64,000 nt of DNA from Sedimentisphaerales bacterium (GTDB lineage Bacteria; Planctomycetota; Phycisphaerae; Sedimentisphaerales; SM23-30): positions 1-64,000 of the forward strand of contig CAXXFK010000010.1 of the NCBI GenBank assembly GCA_963663965.2, given 5' to 3'. Shown piece after piece: positions 9,094 to 18,998 of the stretch (positions are counted from its first letter, which is position 1; every line of letters starts with the position of its first letter). Made by a program: the position numbers and the translations under genes. Under the pieces are notes generated by a model that worked only from the letters and a program-made list of their open reading frames with translations, had not been told where the DNA came from and made no database searches.

Positions 9094-10113
9094 TTACAAA
9101 CGAATGAAATTGAGTCCCCATGTCAGTCCACCGCCAAAAGCGACTAAAGCAATGAGATTGCCCTTATTGGCTCTTCCTGAACGAACCGCCTCATCTAAAG
9201 CAAGAGGGATAGATGCAGCAGACGTATTGCCGTATTTATCGATATTAATAAAAACCTGATCATCCCGTAAATCCAGTCTTTTCATGACAGATTCTATGAT
9301 ACGGGCATTCATCTGGTGCGGAATCACCAGGTCGATATCGCTTTGAGAAATCCCAAAATAATTACAGCCATCCACTATTTGATTAACGATCTGCCTGACC
9401 GCCACCTGATAGGTTTCCCGGCCGTTAACCATCATATACATGTCCGCAGGATTATCCAGCGGCCTTTTGACCGGATAACGACTTCCGTATGCCTTGCAAT
9501 TAATAGTGGTCCAGCCACTGCCATCGGCATGCATGCAATTATACATAATCCCACGATCCGTATTTTCTTCAACTTTTAAAACGACCGCACCCGCCCCATC
9601 GCCAAATAAAATACAGGTCGCCCGGTCTTCATAGTTGACAATTTGCGATAGCGCTTCCGCCCCAATCGCTAAAACCGTATCACACTGACCCGCGCCGATC
9701 AAACTGGCGCCCAAGCCCATCGCATAAGTAAATCCGCTACAGGCCGCGGTGAGATCAAATGCCCCGGCATGCCGGTTGCCCAACTCGTTTTGAATAAAAC
9801 AGGCGGTTGATGGAAATACCATCTCGGGAGTTGCGGTTCCGCAGATGATCATATCGATATCCACGGGATCTATTTGAGCCGCCTCAATGGCTTTAAGACT
9901 GGCCTGCAGTCCCAGGGTCATCGTGGTCTGGCCATCCGCAATGATCCGGCGTTCTTTAATTCCCGTACGAGTGGTGATCCATTCATCCGAAGTATCCACC
10001 ATTTTTTCAAGTTCATGATTAGATAGAATCCGCTCGGGAACATAGGAACCAGTTCCTGCGATAACGGCACGCCGTTTGGTGTCAAAAAAACGCCCGCTGG
10101 TTTCTTTACTCAT
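9094..10113 (-). CDS. fabH: 3-oxoacyl-ACP synthase III
   Basis: RTGIKERR, AACSGF, FGDGAGA, PHQMN and GNTSAAS motifs. Confidence 0.96.
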   Translation of the reverse strand: MSKETSGRFFDTKRRAVIAGTGSYVPERILSNHELEKMVDTSDEWITTRTGIKERRIIADGQTTMTLGLQASLKAIEAAQIDPVDIDMIICGTATPEMVFPSTACFIQNELGNRHAGAFDLTAACSGFTYAMGLGASLIGAGQCDTVLAIGAEALSQIVNYEDRATCILFGDGAGAVVLKVEENTDRGIMYNCMHADGSGWTTINCKAYGSRYPVKRPLDNPADMYMMVNGRETYQVAVRQIVNQIVDGCNYFGISQSDIDLVIPHQMNARIIESVMKRLDLRDDQVFINIDKYGNTSAASIPLALDEAVRSGRANKGNLIALVAFGGGLTWGLNFIRL

Positions 10114-10178
10114 TTCAGATAATTTACCTTTATCATATTAGAATTGGTTCGAATCGAACCGTAGAATGGTTTAATTGA

Positions 10179-11174
10179 CTATTCTTCCAGGCTTTTTAAT
10201 CGCTTGGCTATTTCCTCATTAATCCCTGCCCGGGCCTGTTTTAACGAGACCATGATCGCATTTTTTATGGCGCTTGCGTCACTATTGCCATGGCAGATAA
10301 TGCAGGTACCATCGATCCCCATTAACGGAGCGCCACCATATTCGGTATAATCATGCTCCGCATAAATTTTTTCGACAACCGGCATAAAATGCTGAAGCAG
10401 TTCCGGCTTTTGTTGTTTGAATTCATGAAAAATATACTTGAATATACTTTCCGCCATTCCCTCAGTCAGTTTCAAGATTATGTTACCGGCAAAACCATCG
10501 CAAATAACAATATCCGCCGGTTTTTCCAGCATGCGTCGTGGTTCAACGTTGCCGATGAACCGTAAGGATGGATCATCTTTCAAGCGCTGATTGGTTGATT
10601 TGATTAAATCTGTTCCCTTGGCATCTTCCTGGCCTATGCTGATCAAACCAACCGTGGGATTTTCCACTTTTAGAATTTTACGGGCATACACTTCAGCCAT
10701 AATCGCATATTGGTGTAAATGGCTGGGTTTTGGAGTAATATTCGCTCCAACATCACAGAGAACCAAAGGCCCATGTATGGTAGGGAAAACCACGAGAATA
10801 CCTGGACGTTCCACTCCCGGCAACGGGCGCATCCGCATCTGAGCGGCGGCCACACAGGCGCCGGTATTACCCGCACTTAAAATCACATCAGCATGACCTT
10901 CTTTTGCCAACTTGGCCATGACAGCAATGGAACTGTCACGTTTTCGCCGTAATGCTTCAACCGGAGATTCATCCATCCCGATCACTTCAGTCGCATTATG
11001 GATAATAATTTTATTTTGCCAGACTTCTGGATCACCCAGCAATTCTTTGATTCGTGCTTCAGGACCAATTAATAAGATTTTATCATCCTGGAGTGAATCC
11101 AACGCATCTAAAGCCCCAGCAACAATCTGTTCCGGAGCATAATCCCCCCCCATCGCATCTACTGCAATTCGCAT
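10179..11174 (-). CDS. plsX: Phosphate acyltransferase PlsX
   Basis: MRIAVDAMGGD, SAGNTGA, DGFAGN and GGAPLMG motifs. Confidence 0.96.
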   Translation of the reverse strand: MRIAVDAMGGDYAPEQIVAGALDALDSLQDDKILLIGPEARIKELLGDPEVWQNKIIIHNATEVIGMDESPVEALRRKRDSSIAVMAKLAKEGHADVILSAGNTGACVAAAQMRMRPLPGVERPGILVVFPTIHGPLVLCDVGANITPKPSHLHQYAIMAEVYARKILKVENPTVGLISIGQEDAKGTDLIKSTNQRLKDDPSLRFIGNVEPRRMLEKPADIVICDGFAGNIILKLTEGMAESIFKYIFHEFKQQKPELLQHFMPVVEKIYAEHDYTEYGGAPLMGIDGTCIICHGNSDASAIKNAIMVSLKQARAGINEEIAKRLKSLEE

Positions 11175-11241
11175 CTGTCATCTACCCTGTACATTATACT
11201 ACGGTTACAGAAAAAACGCCTGTCCAGAAGACAGATACGAC

Positions 11242-11415
11242 TTAATCTTCAATTTTTACTGCCAGGCTCTTATTGACATACCCACATTCACACATCGCGT
11301 GGGGCAACTTTGCTTTCCCGCAACTTGGGCAAATTGAATAATTAACCGGCTTTAGCGCTTGATGGCTACGACGGGTTCGTGTGCGACTTTTTGATATTTT
11401 TTTTACTGGTAACAT
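11242..11415 (-). CDS. rpmF: 50S ribosomal protein L32 (below the ORF-track size cutoff)
   Basis: MLPVKKISKSRTRTRRSHQALKPVNYSICPSCGKAKLPHAMCECGYVNKSLAVKIED; canonical position upstream of plsX. Confidence 0.95.
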   Translation of the reverse strand: MLPVKKISKSRTRTRRSHQALKPVNYSICPSCGKAKLPHAMCECGYVNKSLAVKIED

Positions 11416-11506
11416 ATTCTATCTCTTTGCAATTAAACACGTTAGTGAAATAATTTTCATCGTCAACATACACAAATCACCCCGCTGAAAACACGGGAAT
11501 TTGGAA

Positions 11507-11535
11507 AGGATATTCTATAAGTTCTTTTTTGTCAA
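11507..11535 (-). promoter_or_regulatory. sigma70-type promoter for the rpmF-plsX-fab operon
   Basis: TTGACA-N17-TATCCT on the minus strand. Confidence 0.55.
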
Positions 11536-11656
11536 GGAAATTAAGCGGGGCAAGGCTCCTCTTTTTAAGTTTTATAAACAAATTCCAGTCCCGGCATCAC
11601 CACTGGCATAAATAAGGATTTCAAGCTTTGAATTGTTATAAATTACAACTTTCAAT

Positions 11657-11685
11657 TTGCACACCATATTCTGGGATGATATGAT
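11657..11685 (+). promoter_or_regulatory. sigma70-type promoter (extended -10) for the 11758 gene
   Basis: TTGCAC-N17-TATGAT with TGn before the -10 box. Confidence 0.5.
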
Positions 11686-11757
11686 TTATCCCAGTTATTG
11701 ATCGAACCCCAAAGGATCGTATGACTTACCGGCAAACCGAAAAAGAGGGATTATTAT

Positions 11758-12636
11758 ATGAGTAAACGAAACAAGCCAGCATTATACGAATTAATCAATA
11801 AAAGCACTGTCAAACCTCCAGATTGGGTATATAAACAAAAAGGAAATTCCACCGAAAGTTCTTCGGAAAACAAACCCGCTCCTAAACAGGAAAAACGTCC
11901 TTTCATTCCTCCACACGTCGCCACTCCACAAGCTACGCAACCCAAACGGGTTAAGTCTGAATTCCCTCCAAAAATTGTTTTAAGCTGGCTGGCTTTTATT
12001 GGCAAAAAGATAAGTCCCCTATCATTAACGATTATCATTGGTGGTATTTTTATCTCTTTATTAATTATATCATTATTTGATAAGTCCCATCATTCAAACC
12101 TCCAGGAGACCGGCACCCCGGATAAGTCCAATAATACTGCTCATATCGAAACACCTCTCAATACCCCCTCCCATTCAGAAACAGACACACCTCTTCCTGA
12201 AGAACTTGCCAATGCCCGCGCTGAAATCCCAAGGGATAATATTTGGCCAGACGCTCGTTTCAGCATGACCCTGGATAATACCCAACTGAATAACACAACG
12301 GATTCCCAACCACTCCTCCCTAAAGAAACCCTGAATAGCCAGTGCTGGATTATTTGCGGCCACAAAGAAAGAGAACCGCTGCTTTATGTTCAGAAATATT
12401 TTTATGACAATGGTTTAGAGACCGTTATCGCAAAATTCGACAACCGTTATATTTTAGTAACAAAAGATACCTTTGTAGACTATAAAAGCACTGAAGCAAA
12501 GAATTTAAAAAATTTACTGGAAAAAATCGGGAAATACTATAATAATAACAAGCCTAAGGAAGCCCCAGGGTATTCTTTAGCGACTTTTCAATCTGCCTAT
12601 GCCATAAATATTGAACGAATCAATATTAATCCATAA
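11758..12636 (+). CDS. Single-pass membrane protein with a low-complexity linker and a putative SPOR-like C-terminal domain
   Basis: Basic N-terminus, TM segment LTIIIGGIFISLLIISLF, P/T/S/N-rich linker and a C-terminal alternating beta/alpha pattern; the domain call is tentative. Confidence 0.6.
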   Translation: MSKRNKPALYELINKSTVKPPDWVYKQKGNSTESSSENKPAPKQEKRPFIPPHVATPQATQPKRVKSEFPPKIVLSWLAFIGKKISPLSLTIIIGGIFISLLIISLFDKSHHSNLQETGTPDKSNNTAHIETPLNTPSHSETDTPLPEELANARAEIPRDNIWPDARFSMTLDNTQLNNTTDSQPLLPKETLNSQCWIICGHKEREPLLYVQKYFYDNGLETVIAKFDNRYILVTKDTFVDYKSTEAKNLKNLLEKIGKYYNNNKPKEAPGYSLATFQSAYAINIERININP

Positions 12637-12727
12637 AGGTAATAACAGCCGCTCATGTCTGAGCATGAACGGTTTTTGTATTTTGAAATATTCCGAATAA
12701 GGAATGATATAACTGGAGATAATTTCT

Positions 12728-12922
12728 ATGTCACTAGATCGTTCATTAAAAAGTAAATCATCGCTTTCTCGCCACCGTAACGTTTTGACCCGCGCTGAAC
12801 GTATAGAGAAATTAATTGATAATGGGACGTGGCAAGAAGGCAAAGTACTCGGCCTGCCAAAAGTTTCAAACCGAAAATCATCTGTTGGAAAAAAGAAAAA
12901 GAAAGCGAAAACCGCCGAATAA
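12728..12922 (+). CDS. PVC-superphylum small basic signature protein
   Basis: MSLDRSLK...RHRNVLTRAERIEKL...GTWQEG.VLGLPKV with a Lys-rich tail; RBS GGAG. Confidence 0.9.
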   Translation: MSLDRSLKSKSSLSRHRNVLTRAERIEKLIDNGTWQEGKVLGLPKVSNRKSSVGKKKKKAKTAE

Positions 12923-12986
12923 TGGAAACGGTGTTTCGCGTTTTTTGCGGTTTGTTATCATAACGAAACAGATTGTATGGAAGTGG

Positions 12987-13017
12987 GCCGATGTTCTTTC
13001 AGGACATCGGCTTTTTT
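12987..13017 (+). terminator. Rho-independent terminator
   Basis: GCCGATGTTC-TTTCAG-GACATCGGC stem followed by T6. Confidence 0.75.
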
Positions 13018-13110
13018 ATTGTCATTCGCCGCAATTTATTTAGAATCATGTCGATGACAAAGGAATTAATACCAAACAACCAGAGTTGTTGATTTTTATC
13101 AGGAGCCTTT

Positions 13111-14226
13111 ATGGACTATATTTCACAACGAGTTCAACGGATCGATGCTTCAGGCATCCGGAAAATATGGCAATTGGCGCAAAACATGACCGATCCCGTC
13201 AATTTCAGCATTGGAGAACCTGATTTTCCAGCTCCTGATATGGTTAAGAACGCCGCGATTGAAGCCATTCGCAACGATGCCAATGGTTATACCCTGACAA
13301 CTGGCTACCATCCTTTGCGGGCAGCAATTGCCGATCAAATCCAAAGTGAATTCCAATGGGATTCCCCCCATGTGATGATTACCTGTGGAGTCAGCGGCGG
13401 GTTGAATTTAGTTTTGCCGGCCATCCTGGATCCTGACGACGAAATCATTGTACCAGACCCTTATTTCGTCATGTATCACCAACTGACCCGGATGTACGAT
13501 GGGAAATGCGTTTATATCGATACCTATCCTGACTTCAAACTCAATCCAGCCAGAATTGAAGCCGCCATCACGCCCCGGACCAAAGCGATTATGATCAACT
13601 CCCCTTCTAATCCAAGCGGCGCCGTTTATGGACCGGAAGATCTGAAGGCAGTGGCCGAAATCGCCCGCAAACATCAATTACTGGTTATTTCTGACGAAAT
13701 TTATGTTAAATTCAGTTATGACACCCCGGCTGAGAGTATTGCGGCCTATTATGAAAATACCATTATTCTGGGTGGATTTTCCAAAGCATACGGCATTCCC
13801 GGCTGGCGTCTGGGTTATCTGGCAGCGCCTGGGCACCTGGGTGAACTTTTCAATCGCATGGCCACTTTACAGCAGTATTCATTCGTCTGCGCGCCACATC
13901 CTTTTCAGGTAGCGGCACTAAAGGCCCTGGATTTTGACACCACCCCACTCATGGAAAATTACCGGATAAAACGCGACTTAATCTATAACGGATTAAAGGA
14001 GGATTTTGGTTTAACCAAACCCCAGGGAGCTTTTTACGCTTTTGTTCCGGCGCCGGGAGGCAATGCCACCGAGTTTGTCAAGGCCGCAATTAACAATAAT
14101 GTTTTAATCATTCCCGGTTCCGTTTTCTCTCAAAAAGACACTCATTTCCGTATCAGTTACGCCACCTCAAATGAACAGATCCAAAAGGGGATTGAACGGT
14201 TATGCCAACTGGCTCGTAAAGGTTAA
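13111..14226 (+). CDS. PLP-dependent aminotransferase, class I/II (aspartate aminotransferase-like)
   Basis: IGEPDF, NSPSNPSG, SDEIY and FSKAYGIPGWRLGY motifs. Confidence 0.92.
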   Translation: MDYISQRVQRIDASGIRKIWQLAQNMTDPVNFSIGEPDFPAPDMVKNAAIEAIRNDANGYTLTTGYHPLRAAIADQIQSEFQWDSPHVMITCGVSGGLNLVLPAILDPDDEIIVPDPYFVMYHQLTRMYDGKCVYIDTYPDFKLNPARIEAAITPRTKAIMINSPSNPSGAVYGPEDLKAVAEIARKHQLLVISDEIYVKFSYDTPAESIAAYYENTIILGGFSKAYGIPGWRLGYLAAPGHLGELFNRMATLQQYSFVCAPHPFQVAALKALDFDTTPLMENYRIKRDLIYNGLKEDFGLTKPQGAFYAFVPAPGGNATEFVKAAINNNVLIIPGSVFSQKDTHFRISYATSNEQIQKGIERLCQLARKG

Positions 14227-14250
14227 AAAGCCCCGACAGGAGACTGGCTT

Positions 14251-14787
14251 ATGACTTCCACTACCATGCTGGATTTACTACGCAACCGCCGCAGCATCCG
14301 AAAATACGCCTCGCTTTCTATTGAAACGGAAAAAATTGAATTATTGCAAGAAGCGGCCTTACGAAGTCCGACTTCAAGAAATTTCAATCCATGGCGATTC
14401 GTTTTTGTAGACAACCGAAATCTGATTATGAAACTCGCCAGTTGCAAGCCGCATGGATCATCGTTTCTGGAAGAAGCCCCCTTAGCCATCATTGTAGCCG
14501 CCAATGAAAACGAATCGGATGTCTGGATAGAAGATTGCTCCATTGCATCCATCTTGATTCAAATGACCGCCCAGTCTCTGGGGCTGGGATCATGCTGGAT
14601 CCAGATCAGGCTACGTCAGCATAACCCGTCTGACAGTTCGGAAGCCTATATCCGGCATCTGATCGGCGCACCGGATCATATTCGGATTGAATCGATCATC
14701 GCAATTGGTTATCCGAACGAAATCAAAGAACCGATCGAGACAGACGAATTAGAATACGAAAAAGTGTTTATGAATCGTCTGGAATAA
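14251..14787 (+). CDS. Nitroreductase family protein
   Basis: RRSIRKY, SPTSRNFNPWRF, GLGSCWI and IAIGYP motifs. Confidence 0.92.
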   Translation: MTSTTMLDLLRNRRSIRKYASLSIETEKIELLQEAALRSPTSRNFNPWRFVFVDNRNLIMKLASCKPHGSSFLEEAPLAIIVAANENESDVWIEDCSIASILIQMTAQSLGLGSCWIQIRLRQHNPSDSSEAYIRHLIGAPDHIRIESIIAIGYPNEIKEPIETDELEYEKVFMNRLE

Positions 14788-14800
14788 GGGATCGAACGGA

Positions 14801-16030
14801 TTAACGGATTCGATTATAATAACAATCCAGCGCGGCAGGAAAAGGCTGCAAAGCCCGTTCAAAAATTCCCAGACTCCAGGCAATGGCCAGTCCATAATTG
14901 GTGATTGGCACACCCGCCTGACGGCATTTCAATATCCTCGATAAAACCTCTCGCCGGTTCCACATGCAAGCCCCGCAATGAATAACCAGATCATACGCGC
15001 CAATCTCTTCAGGCAAATCACGGCCCTGATAGTTATCGACGATCAGTTCGCCTCCCACGTACTGCCTGAGCCAGCGAGGGATTTTAACCCTTCCGATATC
15101 TTCACAGGAAGCCCGATGGGTACACGCTTCACAGACAAGGATGCGATTCCCGGACCGCAAACGGTCAATCGTCATCGCCCCTCGAACAAATTCAGTCAAA
15201 TCGCCTTTGTTCCGCGCGAACAAGATTGAAAATGAAGTCATCGGAATCGACGGTGGCGTGTCGCCGGCAACTTTCAAAAAGGCCTGACTATCCGTTACCA
15301 CCAATGCCGGCGGACGATTAAGGCGTTCCAATGCATCCCGCAGTTCACGTTCCTTAACCACCAAACAATAAGCGTCATTATCAAGCACATCCCTGATGGA
15401 TTGCACTTGCGGCAAAATCAGACGTCCCTTGGGAGCCTCTTTGTCTATCGGCACCACAAACAGGACTAATTCACCGGCAGGAACCAGATCCCCCAATATC
15501 GTCGGATTATTAATATATTCTTCCGGAGCATTGGATATGATAGCTTGCCGCAATGGCTCAACACCGTGGCCGGTAGTGGCAACAGTTTCTACCACCGTCA
15601 CCCGGCTTTCCCGCAGTAGCCTGATAACCTCCGGTTTCATCGCCGCCTGGTCCGCCTTGTTAAATACCGCAATAAAAGGAATCTGCCGTTTCTGTAATTC
15701 GTCCGCTATTTTCTTTTCGAATTCATCCCATTTTCCATGATCGGTTACAATCATACCCAAATCGGTACGATCAAAAACTTTTTCTGTCTGGTTGATGCGA
15801 AGTTGCCCCAGCGCACCAAGGTCGTCAATGCCGGCGGTATCGATGAATAACACCGGGCCAAGCGGCAGTAATTCCATGGGCTTTTCGACTGGATCAGTCG
15901 TCGTACCCGCGATTTCTGATACAATGGAAACCACCTGACCTGTCAATGCGTTCAATGTCGAGCTTTTACCGGCATTGCGGCGGCCAAAGATACCAATATG
16001 AAGCCGAAAACCTTTTGGGGTGGAAATCAT
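14801..16030 (-). CDS. hydF: [FeFe]-hydrogenase maturation GTPase HydF
   Basis: GRRNAGKS, GTTTDPV, DTAG, NKAD, GRLILPQ and the EACTH...HCGAC cluster motif. Confidence 0.96.
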   Translation of the reverse strand: MISTPKGFRLHIGIFGRRNAGKSSTLNALTGQVVSIVSEIAGTTTDPVEKPMELLPLGPVLFIDTAGIDDLGALGQLRINQTEKVFDRTDLGMIVTDHGKWDEFEKKIADELQKRQIPFIAVFNKADQAAMKPEVIRLLRESRVTVVETVATTGHGVEPLRQAIISNAPEEYINNPTILGDLVPAGELVLFVVPIDKEAPKGRLILPQVQSIRDVLDNDAYCLVVKERELRDALERLNRPPALVVTDSQAFLKVAGDTPPSIPMTSFSILFARNKGDLTEFVRGAMTIDRLRSGNRILVCEACTHRASCEDIGRVKIPRWLRQYVGGELIVDNYQGRDLPEEIGAYDLVIHCGACMWNRREVLSRILKCRQAGVPITNYGLAIAWSLGIFERALQPFPAALDCYYNRIR

Positions 16031-17442
16031 GGACGTTTCTCTCTCCCAGTTCCCGGATACCCCAGGCGGGTTACCCGTTCGGCGCTTACTAAGGCTTCAA
16101 ACGCGTCCTCAGACATCAATTGCGCGTTTAATACCATTGCTTTAATCGTCCGGTTTTGCTGAATCGCCAATTGCGCCAGTTCCTGGGCTTTGTCATATCC
16201 CAATTCCTCGACCAGGGCGGTAACGACCGCGGTGCTCGATAAAACGTGCGCCCGACACCGCTCAGGATCCCCTTTTAAACCCACGATGCAAAATTCACGC
16301 AAGATGACGGTTGCCCTTTCCAGATAATCCAGATTGGTCAGCAGGCAATCCGCAATCAGCGGCACAAATGGATTCAATTCCAGATGCCCCATGCTGACGG
16401 CTTGAGTCAGCGCCAGATCGTTAGAACAGACCATAATCGCCGCCTGGGTAACGGCTTCCGGAATAACCGGATTAATTTTACCCGGCATGATCGATGATCC
16501 GGCTTGACGAGGCGGCAATTTTAATTCACCAATGCCGGCCTCCGGGCCACTGGACAGAAAGCGCAAATCACCGGATATTTTAATCAGACTGGAGGCATAA
16601 GCTTTCAGGATGCCGCTGACTTCAACAAACATATCCAGATTTTGTGTGGCTTCAACCAGATTTTCAGCCCGTGATAATCCCAGATTAACAATCGCTCGAA
16701 GCTGATCAACGACACGAAAGATAAACTGGCGCGGAGCCAGAATCCCGGTGCCTATCGCGGTCCCGCCCAGATTCACGACTCGAAGACGCTCTTCACATTT
16801 ATAAACACGCCAGCGATCACGCGCCAACGCTTCAGCATAGGCCGACATTTCACGCCCGAGGGTGGTCAAAACCGCGTCTTGCATCTGGGTGCGGCCAACC
16901 TTGACCATGGAAGCCATTTCCTGTTCTTTATGCTGAAACACCTCAACCAAAGCCGCTATTTGCTTCTCAAGCGAACGCAACCTCCAGATAGCGGCAACCT
17001 TTAATGCGGTTGGATAGGTATCATTGGTAGACTGATGCAGGTTAATATGCTCAAGCGGATGAATGACTTCATAAGTCCCAACCGGCTGGCCCATCAGTTG
17101 CAAGGCCCGGTTTGCCAGCACTTCATTGACATTCATATTCGTAGAAGTACCGGCCCCCCCCTGCAAGGCATCAACTCGAATCGCTTCGTTAAGCTTTCCT
17201 GCCATCATTTCCTGACAGGCCGCCTGTATTGGATTAAAAATCACCTCCGGGATATAACCCAATTCATAATTAACCTGACAACACGCCAGCTTAACGGCTC
17301 CATAGGCCTGGATTAAAACCGGATGAACGGTTCTATGACTAATCGGAAAATTTTCAACGGATCGTTGAGTATAGATCCCCCAGAGCGCCTCGGCGGGCAG
17401 GGGCAATTGGCCGAGCAGATCTTTTTCAACACGTTGGTTCAT
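16027..17442 (-). CDS. aspA: Aspartate ammonia-lyase
   Basis: QGGAGTSTNMNVNEV, QSTND, GRTQMQDA and GSSIMPGKINPV; stop overlaps the hydF start. Confidence 0.9.
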   Translation of the reverse strand: MNQRVEKDLLGQLPLPAEALWGIYTQRSVENFPISHRTVHPVLIQAYGAVKLACCQVNYELGYIPEVIFNPIQAACQEMMAGKLNEAIRVDALQGGAGTSTNMNVNEVLANRALQLMGQPVGTYEVIHPLEHINLHQSTNDTYPTALKVAAIWRLRSLEKQIAALVEVFQHKEQEMASMVKVGRTQMQDAVLTTLGREMSAYAEALARDRWRVYKCEERLRVVNLGGTAIGTGILAPRQFIFRVVDQLRAIVNLGLSRAENLVEATQNLDMFVEVSGILKAYASSLIKISGDLRFLSSGPEAGIGELKLPPRQAGSSIMPGKINPVIPEAVTQAAIMVCSNDLALTQAVSMGHLELNPFVPLIADCLLTNLDYLERATVILREFCIVGLKGDPERCRAHVLSSTAVVTALVEELGYDKAQELAQLAIQQNRTIKAMVLNAQLMSEDAFEALVSAERVTRLGYPGTGREKRP

Positions 17443-17496
17443 AGTAATATCATCGAATATTGGCAAATAGTTATTGACAATTCACCGATTATCCCG

Positions 17497-18921
17497 TCAA
17501 TAATACAGATCGCGCTCATCGTTTACATCAATCCTCTCCAGCCGCTCCTTAATTTCCTGACGGATTTTATCATCCTTAATCTTCTCAAGTTCAAAACGAA
17601 TTAATTGCTCGCCTACTGCACGGGTTTCTGGAGAGGCATAATCTATAAGATATTCTTTTAGGGTGGTGAGAGCGTTGGGAGTGCAGAATCGTTTAATAAA
17701 ACCCGGTATTGCAAATTCCATAAAGTGTTCCCCGGTTCGCCCAACTCGATAACAGGCGGTACAAAAACTGGGGACATAGCCTTCCTGCATCAATTCCCGC
17801 ATCGTCTCATCCAGAGAACGGATATCTCCCAGGCGAAATTGCTCCCGTTCCATAACCTGGGCATCTCCCGCTTCGGTATACCCCCCCAACTCCAAGCGGG
17901 TTCCGGCATCGATTTGAGATACACCGAAACTCAGGGCCTCGCGTCTCACTTGAGGGTTTTCCCGCGCGGTCAGAATTAAACCGGTATAGGGTACGGCAAG
18001 CCGTAAAATGGCGATCAGACGCATAAAGTCGCGATCCGAAACCAGATAATCTGTTCCCATCTCAGTCCCATAAGCGGGTTGTAAGCGCGGGAAACTGATC
18101 GTATGCGGCCCGACGCCATAGCGCTGCTGTAAATGCAAGGAATGCGAGACAAGCCCCAACACCTCAAAACGCCAGTCATACAAACCAAACAACGCGCCAA
18201 TGCCAACATCATCACATCCCCCCTCCATGGCGCGATCCAGCGCATCCAGTCGATAAAGATAATCTCCCTTTCTGGAATTCTGCGAATGCACCTTACGATA
18301 GGTTTCAAGATGATACGTTTCCTGAAATATCTGGTAGGTGCCGATACCGGATTCTTTAACCATGCGAAATCCTTCGATATCCAGAGGAGCGGCGTTGATA
18401 TTTACTCGCCGGATCTCACCATGACCCACCGTCACACCATAAACCTGGCGAACGGTATCGGCGATAAATTCGGCATCGTACTCCGGGTGTTCACCAAACA
18501 CCAGAATCAGGCGTTTATGACCTTTCCGCTCCAAGGCGGACACTTCCCCGATAATTTCCGGCCCATTTAAGGTTCTTCTTATTGCGCCGGCATTACTGCG
18601 CCGAAAAGCACAATATTCACAATCATTCACGCAAAGATTGCCGATATAAAGTGGGGCAAATAATACAATTCTATTGCCATAGACACGCTGTTTAAGCTCA
18701 CGTGCACCAGCAAATATTTCTTCTATAAGATCGGGCTCGTCGGCAAGCAGCAATGTTGCTGTCTCCTCAACAGAGAGAGCCTGTTTGGCCAGACTTTTTT
18801 CAATGATATCATGCACCTTTTTCTTATCAGGCTTTATAGTACTCAACAGAGAAGTCAACTTTGAATCATCAATAAAATTAACAGCGCCTTTTGAAAGAGA
18901 TTGATCGGGTAGTGTTTTCAT
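17497..18921 (-). CDS. hydG: [FeFe]-hydrogenase radical SAM maturase HydG
   Basis: FAPLY, CVNDCEYC, GPHTISFPR and the C-terminal CTACYR...RFC (CX2CX22C) motif. Confidence 0.96.
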   Translation of the reverse strand: MKTLPDQSLSKGAVNFIDDSKLTSLLSTIKPDKKKVHDIIEKSLAKQALSVEETATLLLADEPDLIEEIFAGARELKQRVYGNRIVLFAPLYIGNLCVNDCEYCAFRRSNAGAIRRTLNGPEIIGEVSALERKGHKRLILVFGEHPEYDAEFIADTVRQVYGVTVGHGEIRRVNINAAPLDIEGFRMVKESGIGTYQIFQETYHLETYRKVHSQNSRKGDYLYRLDALDRAMEGGCDDVGIGALFGLYDWRFEVLGLVSHSLHLQQRYGVGPHTISFPRLQPAYGTEMGTDYLVSDRDFMRLIAILRLAVPYTGLILTARENPQVRREALSFGVSQIDAGTRLELGGYTEAGDAQVMEREQFRLGDIRSLDETMRELMQEGYVPSFCTACYRVGRTGEHFMEFAIPGFIKRFCTPNALTTLKEYLIDYASPETRAVGEQLIRFELEKIKDDKIRQEIKERLERIDVNDERDLYY

Positions 18922-18998
18922 GTTCTTTATAAGTCTTTCGATTTACACTTGTGAATCATATAAGGATTTAAACCAATAAAACATTTCAGCCTGTCAGC

